Below are positions 15,569 through 24,105 of a DNA stretch of 63,175 nucleotides, piece after piece; within the stretch, counting starts at the first letter, position 1; the number at the start of each line of letters is the position of its first letter. The translations under genes were made by a program, and so were the position numbers. Source of the DNA: Deltaproteobacteria bacterium (GTDB taxonomy: Bacteria > Desulfobacterota > Desulfobaccia > Desulfobaccales > 0-14-0-80-60-11); assembly GCA_026388765.1 (NCBI GenBank), contig JAPLJC010000198.1, forward strand, positions 1 to 63,175. Direction: 5' to 3'. The notes below the pieces were generated by a model. That model was not told the DNA's origin, did not search any database, and was given only the letters and a program-made list of their open reading frames with translations.

Positions 15569-18349
15569 TTACCTGGGTGTCCTGGGGGTCTTGGTCCTGG
15601 TCCAGCGGACGTCCCCCAGGGTGGCGCTCACTGCGCCCGCCGCGGCCGAGGCCTGCATGACCGACTCGGGGATGTCCTTGGGGCCCTGCATGGAGCCGCA
15701 GACGTAAATTCCGGGCCGGGAGGAGGCCACCGGCGCCGCTGGTCCGGTGTCGATGAAGTCATGTTTGTTCAGGTCCACTTGCACCGTTTTGGCCAATCGC
15801 TTGGCGGACTCGCTCACCTCCATGGCCACCGACAGGACTACCAGGTCGAACTCTTCGGAGTGCTTCTCGCCGTGCTCATCCGTATAGCTGATCATCAAGT
15901 TGTCGTCTTCGGCCGGGTCGATGGTGTGGACCCGGGAACGGACGAAACGCACCCCGCCCTCTTGGGCACGGTTGTAATACTGCTCGAACTCCTTGCCGAA
16001 GGTGCGCATGTCCATGAAGAAGATGGTGGCGTCCAGGTCGTATTCCTTGCAGTGCTCCTTGGCGATGACCGCCTCCTTGATGGCGTACATGCAACAGACC
16101 GACGAACAGTAGGAGTGGTACTTCACGTCCCGGGAGCCGACGCACTGGAGCCAGGCGATCTTTTTCGGCTCCTTGTGGTCCGAAGGCCGCACCAGGTGGC
16201 CCAGGAAGGGTCCCGAGGCGGAGAGAATGCGTTCGAAATCCAGGGAGGTGACCACGTTGGGGTGATCGGCGTAGTGGTAAGATTTGCATTTGCTGGGATC
16301 GAATGTCTGGAAGCCGGGCGAGAGGATGACCGCCCCCACCTCGATCTCCTTGGTCTCGGGTTTCATGTTGTGGTCGATGGCCCCGGCCTGGCAGGCCGCC
16401 ACACACTGCAAGCACTCGGAGCAGACCCCGCAGTTGAGGCAGCGCTCCGCTTCCGCCACGGCTTCTGCTGCGCTTAAACCCAGGTTGATTTCCTTGAAGC
16501 CTTTGATCCACTCCGCCACCGGCTGGGTGGGCATGGCGGACCGGGGCCGCCTCAAAGTTTTCTCCGGGATGGGGTTCCAATGGCCCTGGTCCTTGGGGAT
16601 GCGTTTTAAGGGGAACTTCCGGCCTTCCTTCAGATCCTGGCCGGAAAGATAGCGGTCGATGGAAATGGCCGCTTCCCGGCCGGCAGCCACCGCCCCGATG
16701 GCAATCCAGGGACCGGTCTCCGCGTCGCCGCCGGCAAAGACGCCGGTAGCCGAGGTTTCCTTGGTGGCCGGGTCCGTCACGATCAGGCCCCGGGGGGTCA
16801 GCGCGATGCCGTCGGCCGCGGTGATGAACTTCAGGTTGGTCTTCTGGCCGATGGCCATGATGACCACGTCGGCGTCCTGGGTGGTGGTTTTATCGTCAAA
16901 ATACGTAGGGGAGAACCGGCCTTCGGCGTCGAAGACCCGCTCCACAGCCCTGAGCGTCAGGCCGGTGACCTGGCCGCCCGCGGCGTTGATCTCTTTGACG
17001 CCCCAGCGGTTAATGATCTTGATGCCTTCATGCTCGGCCTCGTTCACTTCCCAGGGGGAGGCGGGCATCTCTTCCCGGCTTTCCAGGCTGATCAGGGTGA
17101 CCTTGGCCTCCTGGCGCCGGGCGGTGCGAGCCACGTCCATGGCCACGTTGCCGCCGCCGATGACCACCACCTGCTTGCCGGCCAGATCGGGCTTTTGGCC
17201 CATGGCCGAGTCTTTCAAATATTCCACGCCCCACAGCACGCCCTGGGCGTCGGATCCCGGCACTGGCAGGCGAATGGAATCCTGGGCCCCCACCCCGATG
17301 AAGACGGCGTTAAAGCCGTCCCGGGTGAGAAGCTTTTTAATGGTGCGGTCGCCGCCGATGGGAGTGTTATAGTGAATCTGCACCCCACAGCGCTGGATGT
17401 AATCTACTTCTTGCTTCAGGACTGCCCGGGGCAGCCGGTATTCCGGGATGCCGTAGCGCAGCCAGCCGCCGGCTTCCGGGGCGGCCTCGAAGATCACCGC
17501 CTGATAACCCTGCAGGGCCAAATGGTAGGCGCAGCTCAGACCCGAAGGACCGGCGCCGACGATGGCCACCTTTTCGGTCCTCTGGGGGACCTCGGGCACC
17601 GGCAGGTTGCTCCAGTCCGCGGCGTCGGCCACAAAGCGCTTCAGGTCGCAGATGGCGATGGGCTCATCCAATTCCTGGCGGCGGCAATCGGTCTCGCAGG
17701 GATGGGGACAGATGCGGCCGATGGTGCCCGGCAGCGGCAGCCGGTCCATAATCCCCGACAGGGCTTCAGGGACTTTCTGCGCTTTGAGCAGCTGGACATA
17801 GCCCTGGGCGCTGAGATTGGCGGGACAGGCCAGCACGCAGGGGGCGCGGTCGAACTTCATGATGCCGAAGGCCGCCGGGATCGCCTGGGGATAGAGGCGG
17901 TAGGCCGCTTTCCAGTTGGCCAGCCCCTGGTTGAACTGATCCGGCATGGAGACCGGGCAGGCATTGGCGCATTCGCCGCAGCCGGTGCACTTGGCCGGGT
18001 CCACGTAGCGGGGCTCCTTTTTGAGGGTGACCTTGAGGTTGCCCGGTTCACCGCTCACGGCCTGGACTTCAGTGAGGGGATGGATCTCGATGTTGAGATG
18101 CCGCCCGCACTCAACCAGCTTGGGGGAGATGATGCACATGGCGCAGTCGTTGGTGGGAAAGGTCTTGTCCAGTTGGGCCATGACCCCGCCGATGGCTGGT
18201 TTGGCCTCCACCAGATGTACGTAGAACCCGGAGTTGGCCAGGTCCAGGGAGGCCTGGATGCCGGCCACACCGCCGCCGACTACCATGACGGCGCCGGTCT
18301 TGCTGCTCCGGGAGGATTCCTTCACCATTGGATCTTTCGTGTCAGACAT
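15569..18349 (-). CDS. hdrA: HdrA-like flavoprotein with inserted GltD/NfnB-like NAD(P)H oxidoreductase module
   Basis: 926 aa. HdrA parts: MVVGGGVAGIQASLDLA, LDKTFPTNDCAMC, CTGCGECANACP, CVGSRDVKYHSYCSSVCCMYA. Insert: ICPHPCETDCRR, VAIVGAGPSGLSCAYHLA, VVVIGGGNVAMDVA, VFAGGDA. Confidence 0.88.
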   Translation of the reverse strand: MSDTKDPMVKESSRSSKTGAVMVVGGGVAGIQASLDLANSGFYVHLVEAKPAIGGVMAQLDKTFPTNDCAMCIISPKLVECGRHLNIEIHPLTEVQAVSGEPGNLKVTLKKEPRYVDPAKCTGCGECANACPVSMPDQFNQGLANWKAAYRLYPQAIPAAFGIMKFDRAPCVLACPANLSAQGYVQLLKAQKVPEALSGIMDRLPLPGTIGRICPHPCETDCRRQELDEPIAICDLKRFVADAADWSNLPVPEVPQRTEKVAIVGAGPSGLSCAYHLALQGYQAVIFEAAPEAGGWLRYGIPEYRLPRAVLKQEVDYIQRCGVQIHYNTPIGGDRTIKKLLTRDGFNAVFIGVGAQDSIRLPVPGSDAQGVLWGVEYLKDSAMGQKPDLAGKQVVVIGGGNVAMDVARTARRQEAKVTLISLESREEMPASPWEVNEAEHEGIKIINRWGVKEINAAGGQVTGLTLRAVERVFDAEGRFSPTYFDDKTTTQDADVVIMAIGQKTNLKFITAADGIALTPRGLIVTDPATKETSATGVFAGGDAETGPWIAIGAVAAGREAAISIDRYLSGQDLKEGRKFPLKRIPKDQGHWNPIPEKTLRRPRSAMPTQPVAEWIKGFKEINLGLSAAEAVAEAERCLNCGVCSECLQCVAACQAGAIDHNMKPETKEIEVGAVILSPGFQTFDPSKCKSYHYADHPNVVTSLDFERILSASGPFLGHLVRPSDHKEPKKIAWLQCVGSRDVKYHSYCSSVCCMYAIKEAVIAKEHCKEYDLDATIFFMDMRTFGKEFEQYYNRAQEGGVRFVRSRVHTIDPAEDDNLMISYTDEHGEKHSEEFDLVVLSVAMEVSESAKRLAKTVQVDLNKHDFIDTGPAAPVASSRPGIYVCGSMQGPKDIPESVMQASAAAGAVSATLGDVRWTRTKTPRTPR

Positions 18350-18382
18350 ATTCTGGTCCTTTAAGGAGTGTCGTCGATGAAC

Positions 18383-19267
18383 CTAGCCCCCAAACTCCAA
18401 CCCGGCTGCGGCCAGGATGGCCGGCAACTTGTCCTCCCAGCCGATGGTGGAGATGTTCACCCCGTTAAAACCCCGATTTTTCAAAGTGGTGATGATTTCC
18501 GCGGCGATCTGCACGCATTCCCGCACCCGGTCCGAGGCCTTTTGAATCCGATTGATGAAATCTTCCGGAATCTTGGGCTCGAGCAAGCGGTTGATGTAGC
18601 GGGCCATGCCCACCGATTTGAGCAGCAGGACGGTGGGAATGATGCTGACCGGGCGGCCTTTCAGAAGACTGGTGAATTTTTCCAGGGCCGCAGTTTCGTA
18701 GACCGGTGGGGTGATAAAAAACTTCACCCCAGTGGCGATCTTCTTATCCAGTTCCGCCACTTCGTCCAACCGGGCCGCATCGCTGGTGGGAATCTTCACC
18801 GTAGAGCCCACCAAAAAGCTGGGGGCCCCCTGGAGATCCACGCCGGCCAAGTCCCGCCCCTTTTGCAGGGTCTGGATGGCGGCCAGTAGTTCCATCAGGT
18901 CGAGGTCGTTGACCGCCCGGGCTTTGTGGTGGTCGCCGTGGGTAATTTCTTCCCCGGACACCGCCATGACGTTGGGCACCCCCAAGGCCTGGGCCGCCAG
19001 CAGGTCTCCCTGCAGGGCCAGCCGGTTGCGGTCCCGGCAGCAACACTGCAACACCGTTTCCAAGCCTTTGCTCTGCAACAGGAGGGCGCCCCCCAGAGAA
19101 CTCATCTTCATCACCGCGTTGCTCATCTCTGGGATTACGAAGGCATCTACCGTGCGCTTGACATTGGCGGCGTTGGCCACCATGGCGACGACGTCGGTGC
19201 CCTTGGGCGGCTCCATTTCCGCCAGAATCACAAATTCCCCGGACGCCAGTTTTTTTTGTAATTGCAT
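18383..19267 (-). CDS. second methylenetetrahydrofolate reductase-family protein (MetF paralogue)
   Basis: FVILAEMEPPKGTD, LQCCCRDRNRLALQGDLLAAQALG, VMAVSGEEITHGDH. ATG 19267 (MQLQKKL) has a GGGGAG SD; the track start at 19309 overlaps the upstream gene. Confidence 0.8.
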   Translation of the reverse strand: MQLQKKLASGEFVILAEMEPPKGTDVVAMVANAANVKRTVDAFVIPEMSNAVMKMSSLGGALLLQSKGLETVLQCCCRDRNRLALQGDLLAAQALGVPNVMAVSGEEITHGDHHKARAVNDLDLMELLAAIQTLQKGRDLAGVDLQGAPSFLVGSTVKIPTSDAARLDEVAELDKKIATGVKFFITPPVYETAALEKFTSLLKGRPVSIIPTVLLLKSVGMARYINRLLEPKIPEDFINRIQKASDRVRECVQIAAEIITTLKNRGFNGVNISTIGWEDKLPAILAAAGLEFGG

Positions 19268-19283
19268 CGAACTCCCCTCTGGA

Positions 19284-19682
19284 TTATTGGGATGAGCGCA
19301 CCATGGCATTGGAGATGGCTAGTATGAGTTCCTCCATGCCAAACGAGTTTACGTGATAGTAAAAAATTCCCTTTTGTCTGATCCGGCTTTCCTGTTCCGG
19401 GTTGTTTTCGTCTGCGGTGATAATAATGGGCAACTTTCGGTCCAACCCTTTGATGATGGAGATGGCTTCGTAGCCCATGGGATCAGGAAGGCAAACATCC
19501 ATGACCAGAACACTCACCTTTTCATTCTGGATGGTCATGAGGACATCTTTGAGGTTATCCACTGTTTTAAAACGCTGGCCCTGTTCCGCCAACCAGGAAT
19601 TGAGGCCCTGCGCCAGACTAAAGCCGCGCTCAGCAATTAACAGCGTACCGCATTTTTCATTCGTCACCGCATCCATCACCAC
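19284..19682 (-). CDS. receiver-domain-like protein with degenerate acidic pocket
   Basis: 132 aa. LLIAE replaces the usual DD pair; VLVMDVCLPD and IIITAD are retained. Start is GTG 19682 or ATG 19676. Confidence 0.7.
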   Translation of the reverse strand: MVMDAVTNEKCGTLLIAERGFSLAQGLNSWLAEQGQRFKTVDNLKDVLMTIQNEKVSVLVMDVCLPDPMGYEAISIIKGLDRKLPIIITADENNPEQESRIRQKGIFYYHVNSFGMEELILAISNAMVRSSQ

Positions 19683-19884
19683 ACCCCAAATGAAGGTAAG
19701 GGGTTAAAACCTCCAAAAGCTAGAAAACGAACTTAACCATATGGATAAATATGCAAGGCGTGTGCCCGGAGGTTAGTGCCCCGGAAACCTGGGCTAGTTC
19801 TGGTCAAACGGAAAAGATGGCGAGAGGAAAGAGAGCTGGCGGTGTGACGATTTTACCAAAGAAGAAAACGAATCTGAGGCTAAT

Positions 19885-19902
19885 TTGTTAATAATTCCAC
19901 AA
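19885..19902. promoter_or_regulatory. candidate Rex-type operator upstream of the MTHFR/Hdr operon
   Basis: On the minus strand it reads TTGTGGAATTATTAACAA versus the consensus TTGTGAA-N4-TTCACAA, one mismatch per half-site. It lies ~200 nt upstream of the first gene. Confidence 0.3.
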
Positions 19903-19999
19903 ACTAAATTGGCATGGGTAAAAATGCCGCATTTGCTACATAAATTCCAGTGATTTATTATCAGAAAAAATGGCTGAGGGCAGAACCTGCACCTCCCCC

Positions 20000-22549
20000 T
20001 CACCGCTGGTTATACCGATAAAACACCTTCTTGGCCACCTCGGCGGTGATAATGTAAAATACCATAATCAGGCCGATCATCCCCAGGAATTCCAGGGGCA
20101 GGGGCCTGAAGCCGAAGAGTTTGGCCACCGGGGTATAGGGCAGGGTCATGGTCAGGGCCACCACCAGCAGGGTGGCTGCCAGCAGATACTTGCCGGGCCG
20201 GCTCCTGAAGAAGGGTTTGCGGCTGCGGATCACCAGGACGATAACCGCGGCGGAGATGACCGACTCCTGGAACCAGCCGGTTTGAAACTGCTCGACGCTG
20301 GCGTGGAGGAGCCATAAGAGGGCGCCGAAGGTGAGGTAGTCGAAAACCGAGCTGACGATGCCGAAGGTGATCATGAATTTCTTGATGAAGGTGATGTCCC
20401 AGCGCCTGGGCTTCGTGACCATTTCCGGATCAACGCTGTCGGTGGCGATGGTCATCTCGGGAAAATCGGTCAACAGGTTGGTGAGCAGAATCTGCTTGGG
20501 CAGCATGGGCAAAAAGGGGAGGAAGAGGGAGGCCCCGGCCATGCTGAACATGTTGCCGAAGTTGGCGCTGGTGGCCATGAAGACGTACTTGAGGGTGTTA
20601 GCGAAGGTCATCCGGCCTTCCTGCACCCCCTGAACCAGGACCTGCAAATCTTTTTCCAATAAAACGATGTCCGCCGCTTCCTTGGCCACGTCTACGGCGC
20701 TATCCACCGAGAGGGAGACGTCGGCGGCATGCAGGGCCGAGGCGTCGTTGATGCCGTCCCCCATGAAGCCCACCACGTTCCCGGCCTGGCGCAGGGCGAC
20801 AATGAGGCGTTCTTTCTGGTTTGGCTCCACTTCGGCAAAGACCTGAACCCCGTTCACCTTCCGACGCAAGGCCTCGCCACTCATCTCACGCAATTCCGGC
20901 CCGGTGAGGATACGGGGCTGAGGAAAACCCACCTGGCGGGCCAGGCTGGCGGCCACCAAGGCGTTATCTCCGGTGATGATCTTCAGAGAGACCCCTAGCT
21001 GCTTCATCTGCTGGATAATGTCGGCGACCCCCGGCTTGGGGGGATCATAAACCAGCAGAAACCCCAGAAAGGTCATGCCGGTTTCGTCATCCTTGCCGAT
21101 GTCCGCCGTGGTGGCTAACCGCCGGTAAGCCACGCCCAGGGTGCGCAGCCCCTGCTGGCTGAATTCGCCAAAATGCTGCTGAATCTCGGCGCGCACCTGG
21201 TCCAGAGGCAGGGCCTGGCCCGCGGCAGTCTCGGCCTGGGAGCAGACCGCCAGGACGTTGCTTAACGCCCCCTTGGTGAGCATCAGGGGTAGCTCGCCTT
21301 CTTTGGTTACCATAATGGACAAGCGTTTCCGAACGAAATCATAAGGCACTTCGTCCAGTTTCCGGTAACCGGAGATGTCAGGGCAGCAGTAGCGGCGGAT
21401 GGCCTGATCGATGGGATTGGCAAACCCGGTCTCAAAGAACGAATTTAAGTAGGCGAAATACAGGACTTGGTCAGATTTGGCGCCACTCAGGTCCAGGGCA
21501 GAGTGGACCTCCGCCACCCCGGTGGTGAGGGTGCCGGTTTTGTCGGCGCAGAGCACGTTCATGGAGCCGAAGTTTTCGATGGAGGCCAGGCGCTTGACGA
21601 TGACCTTCTCCCTGGCCATGCGCTTGGCGCCCATGGCCAGGTTGATGCTGATAATGGCCGGCAGCAGCTGCGGGGTCAGCCCCACAGCCAGGGCCAGGGA
21701 GAAGAGAAAGGCCTCCAACACCGGCCGGGCCAGATAGACATTGATGGCAAAGATGGCAATGACCAGCACCATGGTCACTTCCATGAGCAGGTAGCCGAAG
21801 CGCCGCACCCCCCGCTCAAACTCCGTTTCCGGCTGCCTGAGCTTCAGTTGGGCTGAAACCTGGCCGAACTCGGTGGCCTTACCGGTGAGGGTCACCACCG
21901 CCTCGGCCGTGCCGCTGACCACGTGGGTCCCCATAAACAGGGTATTGGTTCGCTGCGCCAGGGGTGTGTCTGGCGGTAGGACCGCCGCGGTTTTTTCCAC
22001 CGGGAAGGTTTCACCGGTGAGGGCCGCCTCATCTACAAACAGGTCCTTGGACTCCAGGATGAGGCTGTCGCCAGGGATGACGTCCCCGGCCTTGAGAAGG
22101 ACCACATCCCCAGGTACAATCTCCTCCACGGGAATCTCCTGGGGTTCCCCCTGGCGGCGCACCGTGGCCTTGATCTGAACAATTGCCAGTAATTTTGCCA
22201 CCGCGTTGGTGGCGCCCCGTTCCTGCCAGAACCCCAACAGGCCGCTGACCAGCAAAATGGCCAGGATAATGAGGGCGTCGGCCCGGTCCCTCAGGGCGAA
22301 GGAGAGAAGGCAGGCAAAGACCAGGATGAGGATGATGGGGCTTTTATATTGCGCCAACAGTAAGGTAAGGGAGTCAGTGCCTCCCTTGGGGCGTAGGAGG
22401 TTGGCCCCCAACCGAGCCAGACGCCCTTGGGCCTCGCCAGGACTCAAACCCTGAGGGGAACTTTCCAGTTGGGCCAGTAGTTCGGCCGGCGGACTGCTCC
22501 AAAAGGCGGTGAAGGATTGTTGCTCCATGGAATGCTGCTTTTTTGGCAA
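20000..22549 (-). CDS. mgtA: magnesium-translocating P-type ATPase
   Basis: 849 aa: CADKTGTLTTG, ITGDN, MGDGINDA, 10-TM layout. The track start is TTG; ATG at 22528 (MEQQSF) is an alternative. Confidence 0.9.
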   Translation of the reverse strand: MPKKQHSMEQQSFTAFWSSPPAELLAQLESSPQGLSPGEAQGRLARLGANLLRPKGGTDSLTLLLAQYKSPIILILVFACLLSFALRDRADALIILAILLVSGLLGFWQERGATNAVAKLLAIVQIKATVRRQGEPQEIPVEEIVPGDVVLLKAGDVIPGDSLILESKDLFVDEAALTGETFPVEKTAAVLPPDTPLAQRTNTLFMGTHVVSGTAEAVVTLTGKATEFGQVSAQLKLRQPETEFERGVRRFGYLLMEVTMVLVIAIFAINVYLARPVLEAFLFSLALAVGLTPQLLPAIISINLAMGAKRMAREKVIVKRLASIENFGSMNVLCADKTGTLTTGVAEVHSALDLSGAKSDQVLYFAYLNSFFETGFANPIDQAIRRYCCPDISGYRKLDEVPYDFVRKRLSIMVTKEGELPLMLTKGALSNVLAVCSQAETAAGQALPLDQVRAEIQQHFGEFSQQGLRTLGVAYRRLATTADIGKDDETGMTFLGFLLVYDPPKPGVADIIQQMKQLGVSLKIITGDNALVAASLARQVGFPQPRILTGPELREMSGEALRRKVNGVQVFAEVEPNQKERLIVALRQAGNVVGFMGDGINDASALHAADVSLSVDSAVDVAKEAADIVLLEKDLQVLVQGVQEGRMTFANTLKYVFMATSANFGNMFSMAGASLFLPFLPMLPKQILLTNLLTDFPEMTIATDSVDPEMVTKPRRWDITFIKKFMITFGIVSSVFDYLTFGALLWLLHASVEQFQTGWFQESVISAAVIVLVIRSRKPFFRSRPGKYLLAATLLVVALTMTLPYTPVAKLFGFRPLPLEFLGMIGLIMVFYIITAEVAKKVFYRYNQR

Positions 22550-22700
22550 GCTGCTGACATTCTACCAACGACCGAGACATTTAACCAGCAATTCCACGGG
22601 GTGCAGAAGTTTTAGTTGGGCACGAATCTCTGGAAAACCTGAAGGTTTGTCTGAAATTCCAAACTTTGGGCCGGGCAGAAAAGAAGAGTTCACCGTTTGG

Positions 22701-22747
22701 AAAAAAAGGCTATCGGAGGTCGCCCCTATGGGTTCCCTCCGATAGCC
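22701..22747 (-). terminator. rho-independent terminator of the two-gene exported-protein operon
   Basis: GGCUAUCGGAGG-16 nt-CCUCCGAUAGCC followed by UUUUUUU on the minus strand. Confidence 0.8.
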
Positions 22748-22876
22748 ATATTTTAGAAGCATCTTGCCGGTTCTTAGAGACACTTCCCGGGACTTCTTAC
22801 CCAAACCGTTTCCCAACGGAAGAGCCAAGTAAACCAGCTAAAACCCTGTCGCGGACCTTAAGCCCTTGGTTTGCTC

Positions 22877-23218
22877 TTACTTTACCCCAGCACCGACGGC
22901 CTGGACTGCGGCAAATTCGGTGATATCAGGGATAAGACACGCAACGGTCCCACCGCTGGCATATCCAGTCAGCGCTGAAGCAAGCTGTGACTTGGACAGC
23001 GGGGCATTGGGGTCCATGATGAAAAATCTGGAGCCCGCCCATGCTGGGGTGGAATTGGTATCCGTCACTTGGATGAAGTAAAAAGACACGTGGCTACCAC
23101 AGAACTGGACCGTACAATTGTACCACGGCGGGGTTGCGACGGCCCCAGCGGTACCGACAGAAAATGCCGCGATCCCCATGACACACAATAGCACCACAAT
23201 CAACGCTCTCTTACGCAT
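22877..23218 (-). CDS. small secreted protein, unknown function
   Basis: 113 aa, GGAGGAAGAGGAA SD, signal peptide MRKRALIVVLLCVMGIAAFSVGTAGA, 3 Cys in the mature part. Confidence 0.6.
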   Translation of the reverse strand: MRKRALIVVLLCVMGIAAFSVGTAGAVATPPWYNCTVQFCGSHVSFYFIQVTDTNSTPAWAGSRFFIMDPNAPLSKSQLASALTGYASGGTVACLIPDITEFAAVQAVGAGVK

Positions 23219-23297
23219 TTCCTCTTCCTCCGTTTGGGTGGTTAGTTATTTCAGGAAGCCCGTCTTCCTTCCGTCTTTCCTTACCTTAAACTTGGAA

Positions 23298-23882
23298 CTA
23301 TTTTGGCCGAAGCGCTTTCTCAGGGCTGCGGAAATCCTCCGCCTGCCGCCTCGCTTGGTCCAACTTGGCCTTCGCTTGCTCCTCGGTTAATCCTGGCACG
23401 AGTTCACCCGATAAAGGGGGACGCTGGCGCGCCGCCATCAGATTGGCATCCACTTGCCTCTGGGTTAACCCCGGAAGGAGCTGAACATTTGGGTCAGGCT
23501 TTTTGGCCCGCGCCGCCTCGAGCTTGGCTTCCAATTGCTCCTTGGTTAACCCTGGAAGCACCTCAGACTTGGCGTCCTGCTTATCCCACCACTCTGCGGC
23601 TGCCTTTTTCTTGGCCTCAATTTCCTCAGGCGACGGCATCCCAGGAATGTTGTCAACGTGCTGTAATTGGGAAGCTCCTTCATTAGGGGACAAAAGCGAA
23701 GTTATTGATTTCATGTCCTTGTCCCCAGCACTTTTGCCGGCCTTCTCTTTTTTGGCAATTGCCGCACCCTTGGGGGTGCTATCCGAGCCACAGCCGGGAA
23801 GCAGACAAAACATGGATAAAATCATCGCCCCCAAGCCGATTATGACCAAATGTCTGAACCAAGCACTCTTGCTGTAAAGCAT
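23298..23882 (-). CDS. lipoprotein with three ~27-aa (L/V)PGLTxxQxxAxL repeats
   Basis: Lipobox LLPGC. Repeats LPGLTKEQLEAKL, LPGLTQRQVDANL, VPGLTEEQAKAKL. ATG 23882 has a GGGGG SD; the track start at 23915 has none. Confidence 0.65.
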   Translation of the reverse strand: MLYSKSAWFRHLVIIGLGAMILSMFCLLPGCGSDSTPKGAAIAKKEKAGKSAGDKDMKSITSLLSPNEGASQLQHVDNIPGMPSPEEIEAKKKAAAEWWDKQDAKSEVLPGLTKEQLEAKLEAARAKKPDPNVQLLPGLTQRQVDANLMAARQRPPLSGELVPGLTEEQAKAKLDQARRQAEDFRSPEKALRPK

Positions 23883-24033
23883 CCGACCCCCTGCCCCGTT
23901 AGGCAAACGGTTCATTAATTTATTCTTAAAGAAGTTTCCAAATCTGGTCGCCCACGGCGTACCTTATAGACGATAGGGCTTTAGAATTAGTTTTATGTAT
24001 ATCATCGTGTGAATAAAAAATCAACGAAAATTA

Positions 24034-24055
24034 ATTAAGGCTAAATTAAGGCTAA
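24034..24055. repeat. tandem 11-mer ATTAAGGCTAA x2 within an array of TA(A/G)GG(G)CT motifs
   Basis: ATTAAGGCTAA at 24034-24044 and 24045-24055. ATAGGGCT at 23973-23980 and 24080-24087; ATAAGGGCT at 24141-24149. Confidence 0.7.
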
Positions 24056-24105
24056 ATCTTTCGCTCCGGTGATGAAAATATAGGGCTGAATGAAAATTTT
24101 TTAAA

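Noticed and set aside
15566-15571. Possibility that the stop between the two HdrA-like ORFs is a second selenocysteine codon.
   Set aside because: The stop is TAA, not TGA, and the downstream ORF is in a different frame. Read-through as Sec is excluded; frameshift or coupling is discussed separately.
14373-18364. Long antisense ORFs (14373-15461, 15761-16477, 16659-17372, 17030-18364), and similar ones at 5129-5833, 7146-7868, 11899-12978, 46109-47449 and 59064-59882.
   Set aside because: Each lies opposite a gene with strong family motifs. Their composition (His/Gly/Asp/Pro/Arg runs) and lack of SD sequences indicate frame artefacts of high-GC coding DNA.
19905-19935. Sigma-54 promoter (TGGCAT...TTGC) upstream of the MTHFR operon, and sigma-54 promoters near the two bEBP genes generally.
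   Set aside because: The GG-to-GC spacing does not fit the -24/-12 rule on either strand. By-eye scans of the other intergenic regions (2718-2987, 7839-7953, 23916-24566, 61330-61533) gave no TGGCAC-N5-TTGC match. The targets of the two bEBPs probably lie outside the window.
22550-22700. Mg2+-sensing M-box riboswitch or leader upstream of mgtA.
   Set aside because: The ~150-nt leader shows none of the conserved M-box core blocks that I can recall by eye. The strong hairpin plus U7 at 22701-22747 is better explained as the terminator of the upstream two-gene operon. A covariance-model scan would settle it.
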